A stretch of DNA of 64,000 bases from Dehalococcoidia bacterium (lineage in GTDB: Bacteria; Chloroflexota; Dehalococcoidia; SHYB01): the NCBI GenBank assembly GCA_965248515.1, contig CBDFJU010000001.1, positions 242,592-306,591 on the forward strand. Reading direction: 5' to 3'. Under the pieces are notes generated by a model. That model was not told the origin of the DNA and searched no databases. It was given only the letters and a program-made list of their open reading frames with translations. Of the stretch, positions 44,556 to 53,929 are shown in pieces (position 1 is the stretch's first letter; each line of letters opens with the position of its first letter). The translations under genes and the position numbers were made by a program.

Positions 44556-45640
44556 CTCAAAGAATCCGAGCCCTCATGATGGACATCGACGGCGTGCTCA
44601 CCGATGGGCTCGTTCGACTCACCGAAGACATGACAGAAGCGAAACAGCTGTCGTACCGAGACATAGACGCGGTATTCGAGGCCAAAAGGATGGGACTGGT
44701 ACTCGGGCTTGTGACAGGAGAACGGTCTCCAATGGTGGGAGTCGTTGCACGACGGCTCGATATCGATAGCGTCTATGCGGATTCGAAGAAGAAGGAAGCG
44801 GCGCTGACTGACTTCTGCTCGAGTTCCGGGGTGCCCCTTCACGAGGTTTGTTACATAGGGGATTCGGACCGAGACGCACCCGCGCTGGAGATGGTGGGGT
44901 TAGGCTTGGCCCCAGGAAATGCGACAAGCGTCGCGAAACATGCGGCCCGCCAGGTGTTGGAAACCAACGGCGGTCACGGTGCGATCGCTGAGGCGCTGGA
45001 CATCATCCGGGCTTTTAACCTCCGTCCTCAACAGACGGTGACCCTCGATCCGGACTCCGCGTGGGCGGAGGCGCCCGTAGTCGCCTCGCTCAGAGAGAGC
45101 ATTGCCGTGAAACAGGAGATGCTGGCCGCTCTTGTCTCCGAAGTGGCGGAGGCCGCACATTGGCTTGTCGAGACCTTTCAGGCAGACCGCAAAGTCTTGC
45201 TCTTCGGCAACGGAGGCAGCGCATCGGATGCTCAACACATGGCAGCTGAGTTAGTCGGGCGGTTTGAGTCGCCCAATCGACGGGCTCTGCCGGCAATCGC
45301 CTTGTCCTCCAACGTGCCCTCGTTGACCGCGATCGCCAACGACATTTCTTTCGATTCGGTGTTCGGGCGGCAGGTCGAGGCCCTGGGTCAACCAGGCGAC
45401 CTGATCATGGCCTTCAGCACCAGCGGGAACTCGCCCAATGTCATCCGAGGCATCGAGGCCGGTAAGTCCAGGGGGCTACGGATTATCGGGCTCACTGGAG
45501 CAAGTGGCGGAAACATGGCTGCACACTGCGAACTGCTCTTGAACGTCCCGTCGCGACGGACCGCGCGGGTACAAGAATGCCATATAGCGATCTGTCACTC
45601 GTTGTGCGACGCCCTGGAACAGGCACTCGCCGGGCAGTGA
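44552..45640 (+). CDS. fusion protein: KdsC-type HAD phosphatase (N-terminal) + GmhA-type SIS phosphoheptose isomerase (C-terminal)
   Basis: N-terminus: LMMDIDGVLTDG, YIGDSDRD and TNGGHGAIAE. C-terminus: the canonical VLLFGNGGSASDAQHMAAELVGRF, LPAIALSSN...TAIANDISF, AFSTSGNSPNV, LTGASGG and RVQECH. Confidence 0.8.
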   Translation: MTQRIRALMMDIDGVLTDGLVRLTEDMTEAKQLSYRDIDAVFEAKRMGLVLGLVTGERSPMVGVVARRLDIDSVYADSKKKEAALTDFCSSSGVPLHEVCYIGDSDRDAPALEMVGLGLAPGNATSVAKHAARQVLETNGGHGAIAEALDIIRAFNLRPQQTVTLDPDSAWAEAPVVASLRESIAVKQEMLAALVSEVAEAAHWLVETFQADRKVLLFGNGGSASDAQHMAAELVGRFESPNRRALPAIALSSNVPSLTAIANDISFDSVFGRQVEALGQPGDLIMAFSTSGNSPNVIRGIEAGKSRGLRIIGLTGASGGNMAAHCELLLNVPSRRTARVQECHIAICHSLCDALEQALAGQ

Positions 45641-46503
45641 TCAAGTTGAACCCGATCGGCATTGTGCAAGGACGGCTGTCTCCTCGGCCGCCAGGGCGAT
45701 ATCAGGCTTTCCCCTGGTCTTCATGGGAACGGGAATTCGAGCACGCGAAGCGCCTGGGACTAGACCAGATCGAGTGGGTGTTCGAGGCGGACCGCTGGAC
45801 AGACAACCCTATCTGGTCGGACTCGGGGATACAAAGGATCAGCCAATTGAGTGCTGAGTCGGGAGTAACCGTTCGGTCGGTGTGCGCCGACTACTTCATG
45901 GAGCATCCTTTTTCCCGCGTGACATCCTCACAGCGGACGGCAAGTATCGAAGTACTCAACCGGTTGATCGAGCAAGCTGCGCGACTGGGTACAAACGTGA
46001 TACTGCTCCCGGTTCTCGAGATCGCGGAAGTAAGGACTGCTGCGGAACTGGAAGACCTCGTACGCGCGCTCCAGGCGTGTTTGCCCGTCGCTGAAGAACA
46101 TGGCGTCCAAATAGGTCTCGAAACGGAATTGCCCGCGAAACAGTATCGGGATTTGATAGAGCTCGTTGACCATCCCCTCGTAGGGGCCTACTACGACATC
46201 GGTAATGCAGCCGGCAAAGGGTACGACTTGGCCGAGGACGTGGCCGCATTGCACGACCTCCTCGTCGGTGTTCATGTCAAGGACAAGCCCCTGGGCGGCG
46301 TCAATGTGCGGCTAGGTACCGGGGCTGTGAACTTCGACGCGGTCCTTCGAGCGCTTGCCCTCTTGGGGTACGAGGGCTCCTTCGTCCTGCAATCGGCTCT
46401 CGACGACGACTACCTCGCTATCGCGGATGCACAGGCCCGGTTTCTGCGAGAACGGTTATCAACCGCTTTGCAGGTCCAAGCTGGGGATGGGATGGCCGAG
46501 TGA
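45637..46503 (+). CDS. xylose-isomerase-like TIM-barrel sugar(-phosphate) isomerase/epimerase
   Basis: GIVQGRLSP, LDQIEWVFE, GLETELPA, YYDIGNA and HVKD are typical of the AP_endonuc_2 / UlaE-like family. GTGA overlaps at both ends. Confidence 0.65.
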   Translation: MIKLNPIGIVQGRLSPRPPGRYQAFPWSSWEREFEHAKRLGLDQIEWVFEADRWTDNPIWSDSGIQRISQLSAESGVTVRSVCADYFMEHPFSRVTSSQRTASIEVLNRLIEQAARLGTNVILLPVLEIAEVRTAAELEDLVRALQACLPVAEEHGVQIGLETELPAKQYRDLIELVDHPLVGAYYDIGNAAGKGYDLAEDVAALHDLLVGVHVKDKPLGGVNVRLGTGAVNFDAVLRALALLGYEGSFVLQSALDDDYLAIADAQARFLRERLSTALQVQAGDGMAE

Positions 46504-47540
46504 AGGTTCTGGTAGCTGGGGTAGGGTCCATCGGCCAGCGGCATATTCGCAACCTGCGGACAGAGTTCGGCGACGGCGTCGAGATCCTCGCGTATCGGAC
46601 CCGGGGGCTGGACCGGGTCCTTACGGACCAGCTCTCGATCGTCGAGGGAGCCAGAGCCGATGAACACTATGGCATCGAGGTGTTCACTGACCTCGGTGAG
46701 GCGTTGTCGGAGAAGCCCGACGTCGCATTCGTGACCAACCCGAGCAGCTTGCACATCGCCACGGCCCTCCAGGCCGCGAAGGCTGGATGTCATCTTTTCA
46801 TCGAAAAACCGTTGTCGCATTCCCTCGACGGTATCGACGAGCTCGCGAGAGTCGCCGCCGAGAAGTCGTTGGTGGTTGCCCTGGGCTACCAGTTGCGATT
46901 TCATCCATGCATTCGTCTTGTCGGAAAATTGCTCGCGGAAGGGTCGATTGGTAGAGTCCTGGGCGCATCCTTGCACGTCGGCGAATACCTGCCGGCATGG
47001 CACGCGTACGAGGACTACCGCCAGATGTACGCCGCCAGGAAAGACCTGGGTGGAGGCGTGGTCTTCACCCAAATCCACGAGATCGACCTGGTCTACTCCT
47101 GGTTCGGCATGCCGCGGCAGGCGTTCGCTTTAGGGGGCCACTGGAGCGAGCTCGAGATTGACGTAGAGGACACGGCCAGTATCCTGCTCGAGTGCTCGCA
47201 TCATGGCCGGCCGCTTCCCGCGCACCTGTACATGGACTACGTACAACGGCCGACGACACGCAAGTATGAGATTCTGGGGGACTGCGGCCGGATAGTGGTC
47301 GACATTGTGAGCAACCGGGTGGAAGTCGTGTCCGCTGATCCGGAGAAACAACCTGAAGTGTCCTCGTTTCCAGATTTCGTCAGGAACCAGATGTTTGTGG
47401 ACGAGTTAAAGCAGTTCTTCGACTCCCTGGACGGTTCTGCGGAGCCAGAGGTTAGCCTCGCGGACGGAGTCCAGAGCTTCAAAATCGCAATGGCAGCCAT
47501 GCAATCAATAGAAGCCGGGACCTCGGTAAAGCTGGGGTAG
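46500..47540 (+). CDS. Gfo/Idh/MocA family oxidoreductase
   Basis: MKVLVAGVGSIGQRHIRNL, VTNPSSLH and HLFIEKPL. Confidence 0.85.
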   Translation: MKVLVAGVGSIGQRHIRNLRTEFGDGVEILAYRTRGLDRVLTDQLSIVEGARADEHYGIEVFTDLGEALSEKPDVAFVTNPSSLHIATALQAAKAGCHLFIEKPLSHSLDGIDELARVAAEKSLVVALGYQLRFHPCIRLVGKLLAEGSIGRVLGASLHVGEYLPAWHAYEDYRQMYAARKDLGGGVVFTQIHEIDLVYSWFGMPRQAFALGGHWSELEIDVEDTASILLECSHHGRPLPAHLYMDYVQRPTTRKYEILGDCGRIVVDIVSNRVEVVSADPEKQPEVSSFPDFVRNQMFVDELKQFFDSLDGSAEPEVSLADGVQSFKIAMAAMQSIEAGTSVKLG

Positions 47541-47548
47541 AGGGTCTC

Positions 47549-48316
47549 GTGGCACGCAAAATCCTTGCGCTTATACCTGCGCGGGGCGGGTCGAAGAGCA
47601 TCCCTCGGAAGAACCTGCTGGTCCTGGCTGGAAAGCCGCTCATCGCCCACAGCATTGAGCAAGCGCTGGCCTCGCGCCACATCAACCGAGTTATTGTGTC
47701 TACTGATGACGACAAGATCGCTCAGGTGGCCCGCTCTTGCCAAGCGGAGGTCCCGTTCATGCGACCCTCCGAGCTTGCGCAAGACGCTTCGCTTGACATC
47801 GAAACCTTCAGGTTTACACTTCGGGCTCTGCTGGAACGGGAAGGGTACGACCCCGACCTTGTCGTCCATCTCAGACCTACCGGGCCCGTTCGATCCGTGG
47901 CGTTGATCGACCAGGCCATCGAGACGATGTTGCAGTACCCGGAAGCCGACTCGCTCAGGTCCGTTTCGTGGCCCCAGCAAACTCCCTACAAGATGTGGCG
48001 GATGGAAGAAAGCGGATACCTCGTGCCGCTCGCCGTAGTGGAGACGATGCCCGAAGCCCACTCGATGCCGCGACAATGGCTTCCCGAAACCTTCTGGCAA
48101 AACGGCTATGTGGACATTGTGCGTCCCAGAACGGTCCTCGAGCTGAACTCAATGGCAGGCAAGAAGGTACTCCCTTTCGTCGTCGACGAGCCCATCTATG
48201 AGTTGGACTATCCTGAAGATGTGTCGCGGGTTGAGAGGGCGCTGGCAAGTCTCGAGAGAGGCTCGCTGGCGCCACACAGCAACTCGGGCTCCGTCGCAAA
48301 ACGCTATCCGGTCTAG
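47549..48316 (+). CDS. acylneuraminate/ulosonate cytidylyltransferase (CMP-sugar synthetase, NeuA/KdsB superfamily)
   Basis: ILALIPARGGSKSIPRKNL..LAGKPLIAHSI, VSTDD and HLRPTGP. Confidence 0.85.
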   Translation: MARKILALIPARGGSKSIPRKNLLVLAGKPLIAHSIEQALASRHINRVIVSTDDDKIAQVARSCQAEVPFMRPSELAQDASLDIETFRFTLRALLEREGYDPDLVVHLRPTGPVRSVALIDQAIETMLQYPEADSLRSVSWPQQTPYKMWRMEESGYLVPLAVVETMPEAHSMPRQWLPETFWQNGYVDIVRPRTVLELNSMAGKKVLPFVVDEPIYELDYPEDVSRVERALASLERGSLAPHSNSGSVAKRYPV

Positions 48317-48322
48317 CATGCG

Positions 48323-49171
48323 GTGGTTGAAGTGACAAACCCCGTTTCAGTACGAGACTTGTTCGATTTGACCAGCCAGGTCGTGATGATAACCGGTGGT
48401 GGCGGCATGCTCGGAATCAAGCATGCGGAGGCCATCGCCGAAGCGGGGGGGACGGCGGTCCTTGTCGACGTGAACGCGGAACGGGCCCAGAAAGCGGAGC
48501 GGCACATCCGCGAGGTCTTCGGCGGCGAGTCCGTGGGCATCCAGACAGACGTGACCGACAAGCAACAGATCACCGATACGGTGGCGGCAGTCAAGGACCG
48601 CTACGGGCGCATTGACGTGCTCATCAACAACGTGGCGTTAACGGTCGAAGGCGGAGGCGCATTCGACCAGTACTTCGCCCCGTTCGCGGATTACCCTGAA
48701 GAGCTGTTCAACCTGGCTCTCAACGTCAACCTGACTGGCACGTTCCTCATGACTCAGGCCGTCGGGGAGGTTATGGTGGCGCAAGAGCGGGGCGTCATTG
48801 TCAACATCGCCTCCGACGTTGCGATGATCAGCCCTGATCACCGTATCTACGAGGGAGTAACCAACAAACAGGGCCAGACCTTCAATACGCCAATATCCTA
48901 TTCGATGAGCAAAGCCGCGATCTTGGCCTTTACGAGGTATCTCGCGACGTATTGGGCGGACAAGGGAATCAGGGTGAACGCGCTCTCTCCAGCCGGCGTC
49001 TATGACGACCATGACCCTGAGTTCGTGAAGCGGCTCTCCAACCTCATCCCGCTTGGGCGGATGGCCCGAAAAGACGAATACAAAGGGGCGATTCTCTTTC
49101 TCAGCTCTGAAGCATCGTCGTTCATGACCGGGGCGAACTTGGTAGTCGATGGAGGGCGGACATCTTGGTAA
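48323..49171 (+). CDS. short-chain dehydrogenase/reductase (classical SDR)
   Basis: VVMITGGGGMLG, NNVA and an YSMSKAA catalytic YxxxK motif. Confidence 0.85.
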   Translation: MVEVTNPVSVRDLFDLTSQVVMITGGGGMLGIKHAEAIAEAGGTAVLVDVNAERAQKAERHIREVFGGESVGIQTDVTDKQQITDTVAAVKDRYGRIDVLINNVALTVEGGGAFDQYFAPFADYPEELFNLALNVNLTGTFLMTQAVGEVMVAQERGVIVNIASDVAMISPDHRIYEGVTNKQGQTFNTPISYSMSKAAILAFTRYLATYWADKGIRVNALSPAGVYDDHDPEFVKRLSNLIPLGRMARKDEYKGAILFLSSEASSFMTGANLVVDGGRTSW

Positions 49172-49175
49172 CGGC

Positions 49176-50120
49176 ATGCGAGCTACGAGATCGCCGTCCG
49201 ATCTCCAAAGCCTGGATAATCGCCATCAAGGGAATGCAGGTGTTCATATCGTGGTAAGGCCCGTAAGAATCGGAGACTACGACGTTGGGGGGAGCAACGC
49301 TTGCTTCATTGCCGCTGAGATTGGGATCAACCACAACGGAAGTCTCGACATTGCGAAGAGACTCATCGACGTCGCGGCGGATGCCGGCTGCCAGGCCGTG
49401 AAGTTTCAAAAGCGTAGCGTCGACGTGGTCTACACCGCGGAGGAATTGGCGCAGCCGAGAGAGAGCCCTTTCGGTACGACAAACGGGGACCTGAAGAGGG
49501 CCCTTGAGTTCGATCGAGAGCAGTACGCGGAGATCGATCGTTATTGCGCGGAGAAGGGGATAATCTGGTTCGCATCGTGCTGGGATACTGAGTCGGTGGA
49601 CTTTATAGACCAGTTTGCCCCTCCGTGTTACAAGATCGCTTCGGCAAGTTTGACGGATGAAGCGCTGATTCGCGACGTACGGGCAACAGGGAAGCCAGTG
49701 ATCCTGTCCACCGGCATGAGCACGCTGGAGCAGATCGAGCACGCGGTTGAGGTCCTGGGCCCCGAAGACCTGGTCCTCCTTCACTGCACCAGCACCTACC
49801 CTGCACCCATCGAAGAGCTGAACCTGGAGATGATCCAGACGCTGCGAAACCGATTCGATCTGCCCATCGGCTACTCCGGACATGAGGTTGGCTTGGTGAC
49901 GACGCCAGTGGCCGTGGCGCTGGGGGCAAAGATGGTAGAACGGCACATTACCCTCGACCGCTCTATGTTCGGCAGCGATCAGGCTGCATCCATCGAGCCA
50001 CAGGGCGTCCAGCGGCTCGTGACGTACATACGGGCGACCGAGGCGTCGTTAGGCGACGGCGTGAAGCGCGTGTGGGAAAGCGAGCTCGCTGTCGCCAAGA
50101 AGTTGCGGCGGGTCCAGTAG
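49176..50120 (+). CDS. NeuB-family PEP-condensing ulosonic-acid (phosphate) synthase, apparently without a C-terminal SAF domain
   Basis: CFIAAEIGINHNGSLDIAKRLIDVAADAGCQAVKFQ, KIASASL, ILSTGMS, LLHCTSTYPAP, GYSGHE and ERHITLD. Start is ATG 49176 or GTG 49251. Confidence 0.8.
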   Translation: MRATRSPSDLQSLDNRHQGNAGVHIVVRPVRIGDYDVGGSNACFIAAEIGINHNGSLDIAKRLIDVAADAGCQAVKFQKRSVDVVYTAEELAQPRESPFGTTNGDLKRALEFDREQYAEIDRYCAEKGIIWFASCWDTESVDFIDQFAPPCYKIASASLTDEALIRDVRATGKPVILSTGMSTLEQIEHAVEVLGPEDLVLLHCTSTYPAPIEELNLEMIQTLRNRFDLPIGYSGHEVGLVTTPVAVALGAKMVERHITLDRSMFGSDQAASIEPQGVQRLVTYIRATEASLGDGVKRVWESELAVAKKLRRVQ

Positions 50121-50139
50121 GCCGCGTCCCTCACCGCAC

Positions 50140-50853
50140 ATGTCATACCTCGACATCCTCTACAAGCAAAGCGGGTTCAAGTCAGGCGACTACACCCATC
50201 TTCTTGTCGACTATCTCGTTAAAGAGAAGATGGGGTTGGACCTCCAAACTCTAGGATTCAGCCCGAAGCGGACGCTGTTGGATGTTGGCAGCGGAAAGGG
50301 CTACCAGGCGGCGGCGTTCGCCCGATACTTCAGGGTGACATGTCTCGATCGGATCGCCGATTTCCAGCAGGTAGTCGACGAGTTCGGTGTCGACATGACG
50401 GGCGTAACCTGTGATCTGGAGTCAGACCGATATCCGTGCCCAGATGGGGAGTTCTCCGTCGTATTCTCCAAGTCGGTCATCGAGCACCTGAGCGCGTGGG
50501 AGCATTTCCTAGCGCAGTGCAAGCGGGTCCTCGCTTCGGATGGCACCTTGATCCTAATGACTCCATCGTGGCGATCGCAGTGGAAGAACTTCTTCGATGA
50601 CCCAACCCACGTACGACCGTTCACCCCAAAAGGGCTGCGTGTCGCTCTCAAGATGGCCGGCTTCGACGAAGTCGCGGTTGAAGAGGTGTACCAGCTGCCC
50701 TTCGTGTGGCGTTTTTGGGTCCTTCGATGGATACCGAAACTGGTGGCCCTGGCGCCCGACTCTTGGAAATGGCGGGACGAGGAGCAGCTTCGGCACCGGA
50801 CGATCGTCAGATTCTCCAAAGAAAAGATGTTGTTGGCTGTGGCGAAGAAATAG
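50140..50853 (+). CDS. class I SAM-dependent methyltransferase
   Basis: LLDVGSGKGYQAAAFA (motif I), VVFSKSVIEHL and DGTLILMTP. Confidence 0.75.
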   Translation: MSYLDILYKQSGFKSGDYTHLLVDYLVKEKMGLDLQTLGFSPKRTLLDVGSGKGYQAAAFARYFRVTCLDRIADFQQVVDEFGVDMTGVTCDLESDRYPCPDGEFSVVFSKSVIEHLSAWEHFLAQCKRVLASDGTLILMTPSWRSQWKNFFDDPTHVRPFTPKGLRVALKMAGFDEVAVEEVYQLPFVWRFWVLRWIPKLVALAPDSWKWRDEEQLRHRTIVRFSKEKMLLAVAKK

Positions 50854-50889
50854 TGCGCCTCTCCGCGAGGGCGCAAGCTCGTCGGCTCG

Positions 50890-52077
50890 ATGCCGCTTGG
50901 ACACGCTCGCGTTCACGCCGATGAGAATGCCGGAACTTCAATGAGTCTCGGCCCCTGGCTTCGGTTCTACGCCCGCTCTCCTCGACGGGCGCTCCGTCTG
51001 ACCCCAGCCCTGTTGTCTGCCAATAGGATGCGGGGCCCGCGTCGACTGTACATCGACGCCGAAGGGGGTCCGGATCGTGGGCCGCATGTCTTCGTGCGGC
51101 GTCTCGTGAAGGAGATGAGCCGTGCCAGCGTCACGGTCAAACACGATTCTCTGACTGGCTGCTCCGCTGCGTTGATGCTTGTTTCCACCTGGGGAGACTA
51201 CTTTTACGACGTGGCTCGTCGCCTTAACCTAAGGACGGTCCTGCGGGTGGACGGCTTCTTCCCCCCTGTGTACTTCGACAATCGCGATCAGCCGCCACAG
51301 TACCAGGCCCGGCGATTGGACCTTGACAAAGTCAGTGTCAATCAGCGCCTGCAGCGGGATCTCATGCTTGCCGATCACGTCGTCTACCAGTCCAAGTTCT
51401 CCAAGGAGATGTGCGACCGCTATCTCTATCGCCGGCGCGGAGACTACTCGATTGTCCACAACGGCACCGACACGGACGTGTTCACGCCCGTCACCACCGA
51501 AGCGAGGCCGGTCACTCTTATCAGCGCAGGCAATCTCCGGCACGAATATATGCTGGGCACCGTCCTTCCAGTCTATGAGGCGCTCAGGGATGAGCTGGAC
51601 GTTCGCCTGCTCATTGTTGGCGCCCTGGACGAAATCAATCGCCGATTGCTGGATAGTCGTCTCAGCAGCGATGCTAACGCTTCGCAACCCGGGATAACTT
51701 ACGTCGGGCCGGTCAAGAACGAAGAACTGCCTGGTTGGTACAACCAGGCGGATATCTTGGTACACCCTCGCGCAGGCGATTGGTGCCCGAACACAGTCGT
51801 GGAGGCCCTGGCATGTGGCCTCCCGGTGGTATGTCCTCGATGGGGAGGGACCGCGGAGCTGGTTGGCGATGGTGGGATATCCGTCGATGCCGAGCCGTGG
51901 GATTACTCCGAAGGATTTGTCCAAAAGATGGCGGATGGAGTTCGAAGCGTCGTCTCGGACCTGTCTACGTATAAGCAGCGAGCAAGGGCGAGGGCGGTTA
52001 CCGCCCTGCGCGCGGATATCATGGCTGACAGGTATTTACAGTGCCTGTTCCCGGAACAGGCAGGGGCTGTTACCTGA
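50890..52077 (+). CDS. glycosyltransferase family 4 (GT-B)
   Basis: IVHNGTDTDVFTP and YNQADILVHPRAGDWCPNTVVEALACGLPVV, an EX7E-type motif. The start is uncertain (50890, 50941 or 51028). Confidence 0.8.
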   Translation: MPLGHARVHADENAGTSMSLGPWLRFYARSPRRALRLTPALLSANRMRGPRRLYIDAEGGPDRGPHVFVRRLVKEMSRASVTVKHDSLTGCSAALMLVSTWGDYFYDVARRLNLRTVLRVDGFFPPVYFDNRDQPPQYQARRLDLDKVSVNQRLQRDLMLADHVVYQSKFSKEMCDRYLYRRRGDYSIVHNGTDTDVFTPVTTEARPVTLISAGNLRHEYMLGTVLPVYEALRDELDVRLLIVGALDEINRRLLDSRLSSDANASQPGITYVGPVKNEELPGWYNQADILVHPRAGDWCPNTVVEALACGLPVVCPRWGGTAELVGDGGISVDAEPWDYSEGFVQKMADGVRSVVSDLSTYKQRARARAVTALRADIMADRYLQCLFPEQAGAVT

Positions 52078-52213
52078 TGCCCTTTGATGGGACGCCAGCC
52101 CGTCAGCACCACGGGATCCCAACGGTCGCATTCTGATCACAAAGCGATACGATCGCCGCTACGGCCACCCAGCCGACTGCGCTTGTGCCAGTTGCGCGCT
52201 GCCTCCCCCGTCG

Positions 52214-52915
52214 ATGCTTTGGTTCAGGAGGCTGTTGTTGAGCGGCCTGCGGGCCTTTTGGCGGCTTCCACTTCGAGGCCGCACTCGGCTAACGCATTAT
52301 TTGCATCCCCGAGTCTGTCCGCCGGGAAAGCCCTTTGACGTGGAAATGAACATCGATGGAGTTCCTTTTACGGTAGACCTTGGAGATGAGTCGCAGGCCC
52401 CCATGTTTTATGGGAACTGCGAACCCGGCCACATTGCCTTTGTTCGCCGTGTTCTTCAGCCCGGCCAGGTATTCGTGGATGCCGGGGCAATGGTCGGATA
52501 CTACTCGGCGGTTGCCGCTTCCAAGGTCGGGCCGGGTGGCGAGGTGCACTCATTTGAGCCGGTCCCGTGGCTCTATGCCCGGCTCGAACAGCTCTCCGCG
52601 AAGGCTCGTGAGCTACGTTTTCGCATACACGCGAACGAGTCGGCTCTCGGCAACGAAGATGGGGAGAGCACCATCTACATCATGAAAACCGAGGTTACAG
52701 GCTGGTCGACAACGAGCTACGATATGATCGGCAATCCAGACGCCATCGACGAAGCCCTGCCGTGTCGGAGCATCCGCCTCGACGGGTATTTCCAGTGCCT
52801 GAACCGGGGCGATCTCGTCCCTATTAAAGTGCCGGTCAGTCGGAACCTGGAATCGTTGATTCGATTTGATCTGGACACGATCGTGTTCATGCCTTCGGGG
52901 CCCCGACATTCGTGA
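52214..52915 (+). CDS. FkbM-family methyltransferase
   Basis: VFVDAGAMVGYYS, VHSFEPVP and ALGNEDGESTIY. The C-terminal region is atypical. Confidence 0.6.
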   Translation: MLWFRRLLLSGLRAFWRLPLRGRTRLTHYLHPRVCPPGKPFDVEMNIDGVPFTVDLGDESQAPMFYGNCEPGHIAFVRRVLQPGQVFVDAGAMVGYYSAVAASKVGPGGEVHSFEPVPWLYARLEQLSAKARELRFRIHANESALGNEDGESTIYIMKTEVTGWSTTSYDMIGNPDAIDEALPCRSIRLDGYFQCLNRGDLVPIKVPVSRNLESLIRFDLDTIVFMPSGPRHS

Positions 52916-52987
52916 GCGTCGACCCTCGAGGCGATGCTCCACACAAGGAAAGAGCGCCATCGTTAAATCCAGCTTGAGAGTTCGCGC

Positions 52988-53893
52988 GTGAAACGGCGCC
53001 CTCTGGTGACCGTCGGGGTTATCAGCTGCAACAAGCTGCACTACCTGAAGGCGTGCGTCCAGTCGTTCAGAGAGACCAACACCTACGACAACATTGAGTG
53101 GATCATCGTCGACAACCATTCCACCGAGGCGGGGACTCGCGAGTACATCGAGTCGCTGGATTTTGTCGATTACAAGGTGTTTCAGGAGGCCAGGAACCCG
53201 ACTAACGAAGAGGCCATCGCCAAGAACCTCATGCTCGAGAAGGCGTCCGGTGACTACCTGCTGATGCTGCTCGACGACCACCAGATCGTCACGCGGTACG
53301 ACTACCTCCAGGAGATGATGGAGATAGTGGACCGGGAGGGCCAAGGCGTCACCCAAGTCGTCCAGGCCCTGCAGCGACGGAGCAGGGTCGCTGAGGAGTC
53401 GGCTATCGCCGTAGAGCGCGGCACGTCAAGCGGGCGGCAGTACTATTTCATGACGGGCAGACCGATCGTAGTGGGTGGCTGTTTCGCCCACATGGACCTG
53501 TGGCGTCGCTTCGGCCGGTTCATGGTCGACTCGACCAAGTTCGCGGGCATTGAGGAAGAGGCGATTCAGCGCACTCGGCGATGGAAGCACGGCCGAATCA
53601 AGCGCTGCCTTCAACAGGTTCCCATCAGCGTTCCGATCGTCACCGACCCACGAGGCTACGATGTCAAGATCCGGGGCTACCAGCGCATCGGGATGTATGA
53701 GCCCCCGAACGCCGAGACCGGCCTCTATTATCGAATCCTCGAGCGCGACGAGGTGCAAGCCCTGAAAGACCGAGGTGGCATGGCCGCGATCGAGGATGTC
53801 CTCGAGGCGCAGCCTGGTATCGTGTTGCCGATCAACGAATCAGGAAACTGGATCAAGGGTGGCGTGGCGCCGGAGCCGGTCGTTGATATATAA
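52988..53893 (+). CDS. glycosyltransferase family 2
   Basis: VTVGVISCNKLHYLKACVQS, WIIVDNHSTE and LLMLLDDH. Confidence 0.75.
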   Translation: MKRRPLVTVGVISCNKLHYLKACVQSFRETNTYDNIEWIIVDNHSTEAGTREYIESLDFVDYKVFQEARNPTNEEAIAKNLMLEKASGDYLLMLLDDHQIVTRYDYLQEMMEIVDREGQGVTQVVQALQRRSRVAEESAIAVERGTSSGRQYYFMTGRPIVVGGCFAHMDLWRRFGRFMVDSTKFAGIEEEAIQRTRRWKHGRIKRCLQQVPISVPIVTDPRGYDVKIRGYQRIGMYEPPNAETGLYYRILERDEVQALKDRGGMAAIEDVLEAQPGIVLPINESGNWIKGGVAPEPVVDI

Positions 53894-53929
53894 GCTGAGA
53901 TACCCGACCCATCGGGCGGAGAAACAGGC

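Noticed and set aside
44552-50120. Pseudaminic/legionaminic/sialic acid (amino-nonulosonic) pathway assignment for the NeuB/CMP-transferase module.
   Set aside because: No PLP aminotransferase, N-acetyltransferase, 4,6-dehydratase of the PseB/LegB type or UDP-GlcNAc 2-epimerase is recognisable in the window. The presence of a KdsC-type phosphatase and a SIS isomerase fits a non-aminated phosphorylated-intermediate route better.
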